The translations under genes were made by a program, and so were the position numbers. The notes under the pieces were generated by a model. That model did no database searches and was not told where the DNA came from. It was given only the letters and a program-made list of their open reading frames with translations. A DNA stretch of 64,000 bases from a virus. Of this stretch, positions 39,268 through 47,542 are shown piece by piece (the first letter of the stretch is position 1; every line of letters begins with the position of its first letter). The stretch covers positions 1 to 64,000 of IMG/VR virus record IMGVR_UViG_3300025096_000006. One strand, given 5' to 3'.

Positions 39268-39521
39268 TGTGTTACTAAGCCCTCAATTCTATCAAGTATA
39301 TCCCTGAGATGTGTAAGCTCGCTCTCGACTCTAATTAATGTTCTCGTTGCTTCTTCCTGTTCGTCAACCTGTTCCTCAAGTTCTGCTACCTGTCGCTCCA
39401 AGTCTCCCATATCATTTCTTAATTGAGATACTTCTACATTTACAGACCACACCCAGCCAGCAAGAGGCATAATAATTGCCCCTAATACAAGTGTAAATAT
39501 TTTCCACATATCTGGTTTCAT
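39264..39521 (-). CDS. Single-TM coiled-coil protein
   Basis: TM IFTLVLGAIIMPLAGWVW followed by heptad repeats; ATGA-coupled to the tubulin gene. Confidence 0.7.
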   Translation of the reverse strand: MKPDMWKIFTLVLGAIIMPLAGWVWSVNVEVSQLRNDMGDLERQVAELEEQVDEQEEATRTLIRVESELTHLRDILDRIEGLVTQ

Positions 39522-40657
39522 GTCGCTAATCCATTCATACTTAGTATCGCAATCAATCCAGGCACATTCTTACGCACGTAAACACCAGAGAATAGTGTCT
39601 CGCATCTACCGCCGACATAAGCGATTGCTGACTCAATGTTTTTACTAACTCTTGGATCTGCCACCATTTCCTCAGACGCCACTAAGATTAGGGAGCCGGC
39701 TGCAGCTTTTCCTTTAGGTGGTGGGCAGGCAGACCTATTCATACAGTTGTGTAGGATCACCGATCCAAGCTTTCCAGTATTTGGATCTTTTATCATGGTT
39801 GAGCCGAGAAAAGCTCTCCCGTCGTTGCCCAAGCATGTTTCCAGATCTTTACTATCAAAAGATTGGATCGGTGAATCCTCGGTGGAGAGTTTTAGCACCT
39901 GGGCGAACGACTTAGCAAATTGTGTGTTGGCGACAGGATACATGCCGAGCATGCCGATCCTACCGCGAAGCAAGCGCGTTGCGCGCTCGTTATCTAGAAT
40001 GATGTGTGGGTGCTTGGCAACATCGTTTGCCAATGTCAGCGCATTTCTAGCGATTGTGGGGTTAAGGTTTTCCTGTGCTGTTGGCCAAGAGACAATATAT
40101 ACTACCTTTCCGGAAGACTGAACAGACTTCATATAACGTTCGAATACCGGGTGAAGTGCAGTCACAGAACTACCGGTTCCGCCGCCTCCGCCAGCAAGAA
40201 CAAACAGCCAGTCAACCTTTCCAAGTTTAATGCGCAATGCGTCTTCTACGATTGCACCGTTAGTAGAGAAAACCTCTTTACCGTAATCTACATTCTTCCC
40301 GATGCCGTCACTGTCGGGAATAAGAACAACGTGATCTTCTTCCACGTTCTTCGGGATGTCCTTGCCTGTGGAATTCACAAGCAGAGTCTTATTAAAGCCA
40401 AGCTCTAAGAAAGCATTAGCCATCTTGTTTCCGCCCCCACCAACACCAACAAAGCCTACGTTAATAGACGAAGGAGCAGTGTTTTCTGGAAGGAGATCTT
40501 CATCAGAGTATTCCATCTGTAGTCCGAAGTCCTCAACCATTCCAAAATCTTCTGCTGCGACTTCTTCGTGATAGCTGTCTTTCTCCTGATTAAAGGAGGG
40601 TGGTGGTTCTGCGGGAGGCAAAAAATCAAATTCATTATCGTTGTCTTTATTGCTCAT
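39518..40657 (-). CDS. Tubulin/FtsZ-family GTPase (PhuZ/TubZ-like)
   Basis: GFVGVGGGGNKMA (T1 loop), DGIGKN, tubulin signature AGGGGGTGS, ILDNE, FDSKDL (T7-like); ~60-aa acidic N-terminal extension. Confidence 0.9.
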   Translation of the reverse strand: MSNKDNDNEFDFLPPAEPPPSFNQEKDSYHEEVAAEDFGMVEDFGLQMEYSDEDLLPENTAPSSINVGFVGVGGGGNKMANAFLELGFNKTLLVNSTGKDIPKNVEEDHVVLIPDSDGIGKNVDYGKEVFSTNGAIVEDALRIKLGKVDWLFVLAGGGGGTGSSVTALHPVFERYMKSVQSSGKVVYIVSWPTAQENLNPTIARNALTLANDVAKHPHIILDNERATRLLRGRIGMLGMYPVANTQFAKSFAQVLKLSTEDSPIQSFDSKDLETCLGNDGRAFLGSTMIKDPNTGKLGSVILHNCMNRSACPPPKGKAAAGSLILVASEEMVADPRVSKNIESAIAYVGGRCETLFSGVYVRKNVPGLIAILSMNGLAT

Positions 40658-41202
40658 TGTTGCTCCATTGCAAATTCTTCTTCGGCCTGTGCGAGAAGTC
40701 TATTTTGTCTTTCGTTGTTAGGAGATGCTGTCACTCTCACGCCGGGCATGCCTCTCATAATGCCTTTTACCATATCGATATATTCTCTATCAGGGTCTCT
40801 CTCGGCTTGTCGCTTCTCCCAAGCTTCTCTATCAACATCGCTCATTCCGCCTCCATAACTTTTCTTAGGCTTTTTTCGATACGGAGATGCAATCTCGGGT
40901 TCGCCTTGCGAATCAAAAACAGCGCCATAATCGTGACGACCATAGGACTCTTCAAGCTCTTCTTCAGAAGCAGGTGCACGCTTGAAAAGAGTAGCCAACT
41001 GATTAATCAGAGCAACTCCTGCGGTTCCAATGGTTGCCGCGAGCACTTCGGGCTGTCGAATAAAATGTTGTGCTGCATCGGCCACTAGCTGGAGATTTTC
41101 TGGCGTAACATTTTCAAGCCCTTCGTCCAACTCTCGTGACTCCATGGTCAATTCAAGCTCTTCTTTGATAATCTGTTTAAGTTGGGATTTTGTGATTTTC
41201 AT
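40654..41202 (-). CDS. Leader-family protein
   Basis: True start ATG 41202 (ATGA overlap): MKITKSQLKQIIKEE. Confidence 0.75.
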   Translation of the reverse strand: MKITKSQLKQIIKEELELTMESRELDEGLENVTPENLQLVADAAQHFIRQPEVLAATIGTAGVALINQLATLFKRAPASEEELEESYGRHDYGAVFDSQGEPEIASPYRKKPKKSYGGGMSDVDREAWEKRQAERDPDREYIDMVKGIMRGMPGVRVTASPNNERQNRLLAQAEEEFAMEQQ

Positions 41203-41441
41203 TTCTTCTTTTCGCAATAGCCTTTCAAACCTCTAGAGAGATCATAGCTTTTGGATTTGGAGCCTTTAGACTCTTTCGCGTATCTCCATTTTCCACCTTC
41301 GCTTTCGCATTTCTCTATCTTGCCTGGGTCATCTTGACCCGAGGCGCCACCAGCGGGCTGATCGTGTGGATCTGTTGCTTCCAGCACCGCTGCTAGTTCT
41401 TCCTTGATGATCTGTTTAAGGTGTGATTTTGTGACTTTCAT
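41199..41441 (-). CDS. Leader-family small protein
   Basis: MKVTKSHLKQIIKEE; C-terminal CESEGGKW...GYC. Confidence 0.75.
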   Translation of the reverse strand: MKVTKSHLKQIIKEELAAVLEATDPHDQPAGGASGQDDPGKIEKCESEGGKWRYAKESKGSKSKSYDLSRGLKGYCEKKK

Positions 41442-44400
41442 TATTGGTTAACCCTTGCGTATCCGCGTTTTTTGTCTATAACAATTTGCATATCAACGCA
41501 GTCTTTGAGCGAATCAAGGTGAGAGATAAGCAAAACGTTCTTAAAATACACTTTAATTAGTTCCAAGATTCGAATAAAACCCTCCATATTTTCTTCGTCT
41601 AGTGCTGTTCCTGGCTCATCAAGAATGAATAAGTCACTCTTGGGTAACGAAGACACAGACAGAAGTGCCAACCTGATAGCCATCGCTGCCATTGTTTTTT
41701 CGGCGCCTGACGCCATTTCAATCGGGCGCTCATCATATTGCGGGTGCTTGATAAAAATGTCAAACTTGTTGCCAGAGCTTTCAAAGAAAATCTCAAACTC
41801 TACAATGTTAGCGAGCACCTTAGCAATCTCTTGATTGATTACTGGAATTTTCTTCTTGATAACATCGTAAGCGATTCCGTTAGGGTGCATGCACCGCATA
41901 AACAAGTCGTATGCCGCAAATGATGATCTAAGATCGTGGTATTCTTGCTTTTGCTCTCGCAGTGTTTCTACACGTTGTTCGTAGGATCCCACAAGTTTAA
42001 CAAGGTCGAGTGTCTCTTCTTCGCAAGATGTAATCTTCTTGTTCTTGCTCTTGATGCTTTTCTCCAGATCGCGCTGCTCTCCTAAGAGCTTCTCAAGGTT
42101 TTCGATAGCTTCCTTGTTGTCTTCATACTCGGTAATTTTTAATGAGATATCCTTAAGGGCTAGCTCGATTTTTGACCTCACGGTCTTATTGCGCTCGCGT
42201 TCTAAATCAAGCTGTGTTATTTCTGCTTCAAGCTTGGCAACCATGCCTGTTATACGCGTGTGTTCCATAAGCTGTGTAAACACATCCGATGGATTTAATG
42301 CTGCTAAATCAACCACCGTGTTCTGTAATTCATACTGAACCAGTTCTTTGCTGGCTACAGCTAAATTAGCCTCTCTAACAAACTTATTGTCAGAGCAAAA
42401 TTTGCAATCCGGATCGTATTCGTGATCATGAAGTAATGCTTCTTTTTTTGCAATTTCATTCAGCTCTTCATTAAGTTTCTTTTCTTTTTCGTTAAGCAGT
42501 TCGATCTCGCGTTGAAGCTTCATAAGTTTAGTGATATTTACGTGTTCAAGCTTGCCTCTACAATTTTTAAGCACACGCTTCTTTCTTTCAATTTCTTTTG
42601 ATTGCTCTTTGATCTGTTCCATAAGCGTTGCGGCTTTTTTAGTTTTGCCTTTCTGCTCTTCGCGAAGCTTGGCAATATCAATAAGTTCATTAGGAATTGC
42701 TGAGATTTGCGCATCTAGGGCACCGAGGGTATCCTGGAGCATAGTCAACTCTTCTCTAAGTTCAGCGCAGAAATACTTATTAGTCTTTACACTGTCTCGA
42801 TGATCTTCAAGTGTTTCTGTCGCAGCTTCGATCTCCTCGTTATAGTCTCTGTCTTCGTGTTTCTTTAGCATCACCTTCGCTTCAACAGAATCATCCTTTG
42901 CCATTCGAAACTTCTTCTCAAATACTTCAAGGTCCAAGAACTTAGCGATAATCTCCTTGCGCCTAGTTGAACCTTCATCAATAAACGCCAGGGCGCCGTG
43001 TTGTGAAGCCAGCGAAGAAACCATAAAATCGTCAATCGTTCCAAAGTGCTTGCGAATGTTTGCGTCTGTTTCGTTACGAGTTGTGCCATTCAGAGAAATT
43101 ATCTCATCAGTGATGTGATCGCGCTTCTCAAAATTTAAATCAGTCTTGGCTTCAAGTGTTTCAACACCCTTCAATCGCTTTGTATATTTTGTAGATTCTC
43201 GGCTAATTGTATACGTGGCATTGTTGGCTTCAATCGTAAGTCTTCCTCTTCCACTATCTCTATTCTGGTTAATGACATTGAGGTTCTTTCGTTCATTTTT
43301 TGAAGTTGTATTAAAAAGAGTATACAAAGCAGCATCGATAATAGAACTTTTGCCGCTGAAATTCTTTCCGAAAATGCCAACAATACCATTAAGCCTATCA
43401 AAATTGACAGCATTCTTTTCCCCATAATTAAAAAGATTATCGAACTCAAATGACTTTAGTCTCCAATTTACATTGCGCGCTATCTCTTCTTTCTCTTCGA
43501 TAATTTTGTTGTAAGTGCGATTAAGTTCATAAACTTTTTCCATAGTATCAGAAGGCGCCTGGAAGTCTTTAAGATACTCTGAAATGAGTTCCTCTTGGAT
43601 CTTTGGATCTCGCAAGTTCTCTGACTGCAGTCCGTTGGTAATATCCTCTACATTTCCGCGTTGACCGCTGGCACGATTCAGAAACGAAATGCTTTCTGGC
43701 TTGAAGCGGTGTTTGGCAATATCCATCGCTCTGCGCATTACATCGAGCGGTAAGTTGTTGTTACTCACAAGGCGAAGTCTTGCGCCAGTTGGCACGTCAA
43801 TCTTGCGAGGCATGCGCCCCTTTAACGTAAGCGGGATTGTGAAGAACGGCTTTGGATTCTTGAGCACAATCGGCTCAATATCCCAATCATCCTTTGATTT
43901 GATGTCCCATATAAGAATGCCCTTGTCGTTAGTCTCGCCGTGATTCTGCTGAACAGTTGAGCCTGCGTACCATACGCGACCCTCTTCGTCCAAGAACTGA
44001 CGCCTGTGAATATCACCAAGCATTGAGAAGTCGTGGTCATCAAAGATTGTGATCGTGTCTTCGCCGTTAACCATTGTCCAGCCAACATCAGTTTTGCAGT
44101 TGCTGATTGAGCCATGGTAAAGTGCGATGTTGATCTTGTCGGGATTGGTTGGCTTAATCCATTGCTCACGATCAAACACAGAAAGCACGTTCAAACAAAA
44201 CTTGTCATCCAAATGTGTTTCACCGGAGTCTTTTAGCAGATGCAGAGCTGGCAAGTTTAGCGCATCTACAATCGGCGTAAGCGCATCTTGGCGGCTGCTG
44301 TTTTTTAGATTGCCGTCATGGTTGCCCAAGATAATATATGTGGGCGCAATCGTCGCTAAGTTACGGAAGAAGTCAGAACACATCTCCACAAACTCTGGTG

Positions 44401-44557
44401 AGATTTGTGTTTTGGTGTGCGCGATGTCGCCGCAGTGAACAATGTAGTCGACTTCTTGTTCTCGTAATGTTTCGTATAATTGCTCAAAAACAATTCTATA
44501 CTCGTAATGATACTTCAAATTTTTGATATGAGTATCGCTTATGTGTGCAAACTTCAA
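41441..44557 (-). CDS. Fused Mre11/SbcD nuclease plus Rad50/SbcC ATPase (gp47-gp46-like)
   Basis: Metallophosphoesterase motifs SDTH, GDIAH, GNHD, YHG, GDIH; Walker A GKNFSGKS; coiled coil with CKFC hook; signature ASGAE; Walker B FILDEP; ISH. Confidence 0.92.
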   Translation of the reverse strand: MKFAHISDTHIKNLKYHYEYRIVFEQLYETLREQEVDYIVHCGDIAHTKTQISPEFVEMCSDFFRNLATIAPTYIILGNHDGNLKNSSRQDALTPIVDALNLPALHLLKDSGETHLDDKFCLNVLSVFDREQWIKPTNPDKINIALYHGSISNCKTDVGWTMVNGEDTITIFDDHDFSMLGDIHRRQFLDEEGRVWYAGSTVQQNHGETNDKGILIWDIKSKDDWDIEPIVLKNPKPFFTIPLTLKGRMPRKIDVPTGARLRLVSNNNLPLDVMRRAMDIAKHRFKPESISFLNRASGQRGNVEDITNGLQSENLRDPKIQEELISEYLKDFQAPSDTMEKVYELNRTYNKIIEEKEEIARNVNWRLKSFEFDNLFNYGEKNAVNFDRLNGIVGIFGKNFSGKSSIIDAALYTLFNTTSKNERKNLNVINQNRDSGRGRLTIEANNATYTISRESTKYTKRLKGVETLEAKTDLNFEKRDHITDEIISLNGTTRNETDANIRKHFGTIDDFMVSSLASQHGALAFIDEGSTRRKEIIAKFLDLEVFEKKFRMAKDDSVEAKVMLKKHEDRDYNEEIEAATETLEDHRDSVKTNKYFCAELREELTMLQDTLGALDAQISAIPNELIDIAKLREEQKGKTKKAATLMEQIKEQSKEIERKKRVLKNCRGKLEHVNITKLMKLQREIELLNEKEKKLNEELNEIAKKEALLHDHEYDPDCKFCSDNKFVREANLAVASKELVQYELQNTVVDLAALNPSDVFTQLMEHTRITGMVAKLEAEITQLDLERERNKTVRSKIELALKDISLKITEYEDNKEAIENLEKLLGEQRDLEKSIKSKNKKITSCEEETLDLVKLVGSYEQRVETLREQKQEYHDLRSSFAAYDLFMRCMHPNGIAYDVIKKKIPVINQEIAKVLANIVEFEIFFESSGNKFDIFIKHPQYDERPIEMASGAEKTMAAMAIRLALLSVSSLPKSDLFILDEPGTALDEENMEGFIRILELIKVYFKNVLLISHLDSLKDCVDMQIVIDKKRGYARVNQ

Positions 44558-44590
44558 GTTCCCTCCAGACGTAGTTATGCCGTTAGTATT

Positions 44591-44619
44591 ATAATACCCT
44601 ATGCGGGATCTGTTGTCAA
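44591..44619 (-). promoter_or_regulatory. Sigma70-type promoter for the SbcDC fusion
   Basis: TTGACA (44619-44614), 17 nt, TATTAT (44596-44591), with an overlapping TATAAT; GGAGGG SD downstream. Confidence 0.7.
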
Positions 44620-44626
44620 GACTTTT

Positions 44627-44767
44627 TTATAGAAAGAGTGCCCCGATCGCTCCATAAAGCATCATTCCCATAACAAACGCGCCCATTCCAAGAATCCCCA
44701 ATATCTTTAAAAGCTCTAAATCGCTTATGCCTTTCTTAAAAAGATATCGTGAGAGTTTTCTTAACAT
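44627..44767 (-). CDS. Small membrane protein (46 aa)
   Basis: Manual translation MLRKLSRYLFKKGISDLELLKILGILGMGAFVMGMMLYGAIGALFL*; starts 2 nt after the upstream stop. Confidence 0.55.
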   Translation of the reverse strand: MLRKLSRYLFKKGISDLELLKILGILGMGAFVMGMMLYGAIGALFL

Positions 44768-44769
44768 TA

Positions 44770-45285
44770 TTATCTTCTTGACATACTCTTGCTATAGCCG
44801 CTACGGGCTGGTGCGCCTTCATATCCGCCGGCGCGTTGACCAGATGGGGCAAGATTCCCTATTGCGTCAATCACCAGGGCGACTTTCTTGTCTATCCATT
44901 TGGGAGCGGTGACCATTAGATTTCCAATAGTTTGAGTAATTGTGTTGGTGACTCCTTCAGCTTCGAGTGCATCACCTTTACTATCCCAGTAATCCTCAAT
45001 ATCTCCCATATTCATAGCTTGTTTCAGAGCATGTCCCATATTAGAATCCAGAAGCTCCGCAAAATCCGTTCCTTCTAAAGATGATGGTGTATAATTACCG
45101 TCTCTTATATCTGCCATATAGTGCTGAAGAAATTTCATACCATCTCCACCCATCTCAAAATTGGTCCGATCGTCTCCTCTTGGTTTTCCCACCATGGTGC
45201 GCATCGTATCCATAAAACCTTCGTCTAGGCTTTTTTCAATCTCTTCTTTGATGATCTGCTTAAGTTGTTTCTTTGTGATTTTCAC
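44770..45285 (-). CDS. Leader-family protein
   Basis: GTG 45285 with AAGGA SD gives (M)KITKKQLKQIIKEEIEKSLDEG. Confidence 0.7.
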   Translation of the reverse strand: MKITKKQLKQIIKEEIEKSLDEGFMDTMRTMVGKPRGDDRTNFEMGGDGMKFLQHYMADIRDGNYTPSSLEGTDFAELLDSNMGHALKQAMNMGDIEDYWDSKGDALEAEGVTNTITQTIGNLMVTAPKWIDKKVALVIDAIGNLAPSGQRAGGYEGAPARSGYSKSMSRR

Positions 45286-45319
45286 TTCATTATTCCTTAT
45301 GTCGCTAATCCATTCATAC

Positions 45320-45601
45320 TTAGTACTCTTCTTCTTCTCGATACAGAAGGGGTCCCTGCGGACTAAGCATCGTATCCCAGAATTGAGCCACATCACCGCG
45401 GTCTCCCTTGGTGTTAATAGCGTCCACTATCATGTCATAAGCTTCTTTGCCTGAGAGCGCACCGGGGCCCATTGAATTCATGATCTCGCTGACTTCCTGC
45501 GCCATTTCCATAGCATCGCCACGTTCGCGGATGCTTTCAATGCTGTAGGCATCATACTCTTCCTTGATAATCTGTTTAAGTTGTGATTTTGTGATTTTCA
45601 T
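45320..45601 (-). CDS. Leader-family small acidic protein
   Basis: MKITKSQLKQIIKEE; AGGAG SD. Confidence 0.75.
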   Translation of the reverse strand: MKITKSQLKQIIKEEYDAYSIESIRERGDAMEMAQEVSEIMNSMGPGALSGKEAYDMIVDAINTKGDRGDVAQFWDTMLSPQGPLLYREEEEY

Positions 45602-45620
45602 TCAGTTACTCCTGGGTCGA

Positions 45621-46031
45621 TTACCTGCGCTGAGTTTGTCGCACTTGTTTAACTGTGCCGCGTTCATCTTTAGGAACTCTCGGATTAACGAGCGCCACGA
45701 GGACTTTTCCCAAGGCGCGCATGTCTACTCCCATCGAAGTATCCATACCGGCTTTTTTTAAAATCTCGGATGTAACCTGCACGAAGGTGCCACCTTCCAG
45801 TTGAGCATTTTGACCAGATGCGTGCTGTAGAAAAACTTGAAATGGCTTTTGTGCTATGATTAGCTTCTGTACATTTTTAGGAACCATGAGGTTCGCCCGC
45901 TCCCCGTCAATAAACCAGACATTATTGGTAAATTTGGTGTATGCGTCCGCTCGGACCTCATCTAATCTTTCCTGTTTCTCGTCCATAAAATAACGAGGAT
46001 CAATAAATTTTGTGTTTTTTCTTCTAGCCAT
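45621..46031 (-). CDS. Hypothetical protein
   Basis: MARRKNTKFIDPRYFMDEK; AAGGAG SD. Confidence 0.7.
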   Translation of the reverse strand: MARRKNTKFIDPRYFMDEKQERLDEVRADAYTKFTNNVWFIDGERANLMVPKNVQKLIIAQKPFQVFLQHASGQNAQLEGGTFVQVTSEILKKAGMDTSMGVDMRALGKVLVALVNPRVPKDERGTVKQVRQTQRR

Positions 46032-46041
46032 GGTGTTCTCC

Positions 46042-46980
46042 TTAGATAGCCGATAGCAAATCTAACAATAAATAGTTGTCTCTGTCGATAAAGGTTGCTT
46101 TTTGCTTTCTTTCCTCAAACACATCTTTTGGCATAGAGCCTACGTCTTCATAACCGCTTACATCTATCTTGTATAATTCCACATCATACTTTAACAAAGT
46201 CTTGATTATTTTCCGTTCTTTTTCTGCTGCATCAGGATCCAAGGCGACATAGACTGGCGTGTCGTTGAAAACAATTTTTTTGATGAGCGAAGAATCAGTG
46301 CGTAACGTCGAACCCAATATTGGGACAGAATTTCCTGCGTTGATTGCATCGAATACCCCCTCTACAAGAATCAGGTCTTCGTTCCAATTAACATACAATT
46401 CGTTAAACACGATGTTTTTGGAGGCACGTGGATTCTTGTATTTGTAAGTATCACCATTGTAACTTCTTGCCACAAAATAACTAACATTTCCGTCATCATT
46501 GAAAGAAGGCACAACAATTCTGTTACGGTATTCTCCGCTAAAGCAGTATCCTATCTTCCATTTTAGAATCTCAGAATTAGTAATTCCGCGTGATTTCAAA
46601 TAGTTGCGAGCATATATACCGGTCTTCGGTATGTTGTCGTGGCAGAGACTTACGAATTCTTCCGGTAAATCAACTGTCTGTTCGTCTCTCTCCACGCTTC
46701 TCTCAGCAAAGAGATCATCAAATCTTTCCAGATCTTCCCTACCGAATATCGCGTCCCATTTCTGTAATTGAGTATAGGAACCAAAAGACCTAATAACACG
46801 CCTAACAGAGCGGCCCCGATAATCACAAATCCAACACTTAAATACATTTTTATCAATGTTAACAGAAAGCTTAGATTTGTGGTGATTGCACTTCGGGCAT
46901 TTGAAAAGAATTTCCGAACCATGATCATAGCCGCGCCCAAGCGCTTCATTCAGTATCTTCTTCGCTGCTACTTTGTTCAA
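46042..46980 (-). CDS. DNA primase (Zn-binding plus TOPRIM)
   Basis: CPKC...H...CWIC Zn ribbon, YLKSRGI, RIVVP, YKNP, LVEGVFDA, ALDPDA. Confidence 0.9.
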   Translation of the reverse strand: MNKVAAKKILNEALGRGYDHGSEILFKCPKCNHHKSKLSVNIDKNVFKCWICDYRGRSVRRVIRSFGSYTQLQKWDAIFGREDLERFDDLFAERSVERDEQTVDLPEEFVSLCHDNIPKTGIYARNYLKSRGITNSEILKWKIGYCFSGEYRNRIVVPSFNDDGNVSYFVARSYNGDTYKYKNPRASKNIVFNELYVNWNEDLILVEGVFDAINAGNSVPILGSTLRTDSSLIKKIVFNDTPVYVALDPDAAEKERKIIKTLLKYDVELYKIDVSGYEDVGSMPKDVFEERKQKATFIDRDNYLLLDLLSAI

Positions 46981-47530
46981 TCGCCCACCCGGCTTTTGCT
47001 ACCACAATTGCGTCAGCGCGGTCATACGATTCAGGTTTCGGATTTCCATGCTTTGTATATTCTATCTTGAAAGCAGGTTCGTTGTCAAGTAAATATTGTA
47101 AAACAACCTGTTTTGCTTTTTGCCCTCTCGGAACTTTAATGCCGGCGTGCTTGCGTGCGGATGTGGCGGCGATATATTTCGGCTCCATCTCAAACATCTC
47201 ATAGATTAGCCACGAAACAATACCGTTAAAGCGAGTAAGAGTTGAAAGTGTTTTGGCTGACGATTTACCGCCCATAAACATATGAAGAGATTGTTCAATA
47301 TAAATATGGTTTATCTTGTTTTCTCTATCTTGATCTACTTCCATCCAGTGATCTTCTCTATCAAACTGATAGTTATCAAAGATTTTAAAAATTGCTTCTT
47401 TTATTCTTTCTGCTTTTTCAAATAAGTTTTTGTACTTGCGAAGATCTACTGAGTCGTAAAATACGATTTCGTCTTCGGCCACAACAGCAAAACCAGTTAT
47501 ACTGGTTGAAATATCTATTCCAAGAATCAT
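46946..47530 (-). CDS. RuvC-like Holliday junction resolvase
   Basis: ILGIDISTSITGFAV, IYIEQ, DRADAIVVA catalytic pattern. Confidence 0.85.
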   Translation of the reverse strand: MILGIDISTSITGFAVVAEDEIVFYDSVDLRKYKNLFEKAERIKEAIFKIFDNYQFDREDHWMEVDQDRENKINHIYIEQSLHMFMGGKSSAKTLSTLTRFNGIVSWLIYEMFEMEPKYIAATSARKHAGIKVPRGQKAKQVVLQYLLDNEPAFKIEYTKHGNPKPESYDRADAIVVAKAGWAIEQSSSEEDTE

Positions 47531-47536
47531 ATTGTT

Positions 47537-47542
47537 ATTATA
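47537..47542 (-). promoter_or_regulatory. Possible -10 element giving a leaderless resolvase/primase mRNA
   Basis: TATAAT 6 nt before ATG 47530; no SD. Confidence 0.4.

Noticed and set aside
39518-40657. Host cell-division ftsZ (bacterial contamination)
   Set aside because: No dcw-cluster neighbours, no FtsZ C-terminal peptide, and translationally coupled to phage genes.
33677-44557. Inteins or introns in terminase or SbcDC
   Set aside because: Lengths and motif spacing are normal; no intein splice motifs or LAGLIDADG/HNH inserts seen.
46946-47530. RuvC fold as TnpB/Cas12 or a transposase
   Set aside because: Only 194 aa, a stand-alone resolvase pattern next to primase, with no Zn finger, terminal repeats or array.
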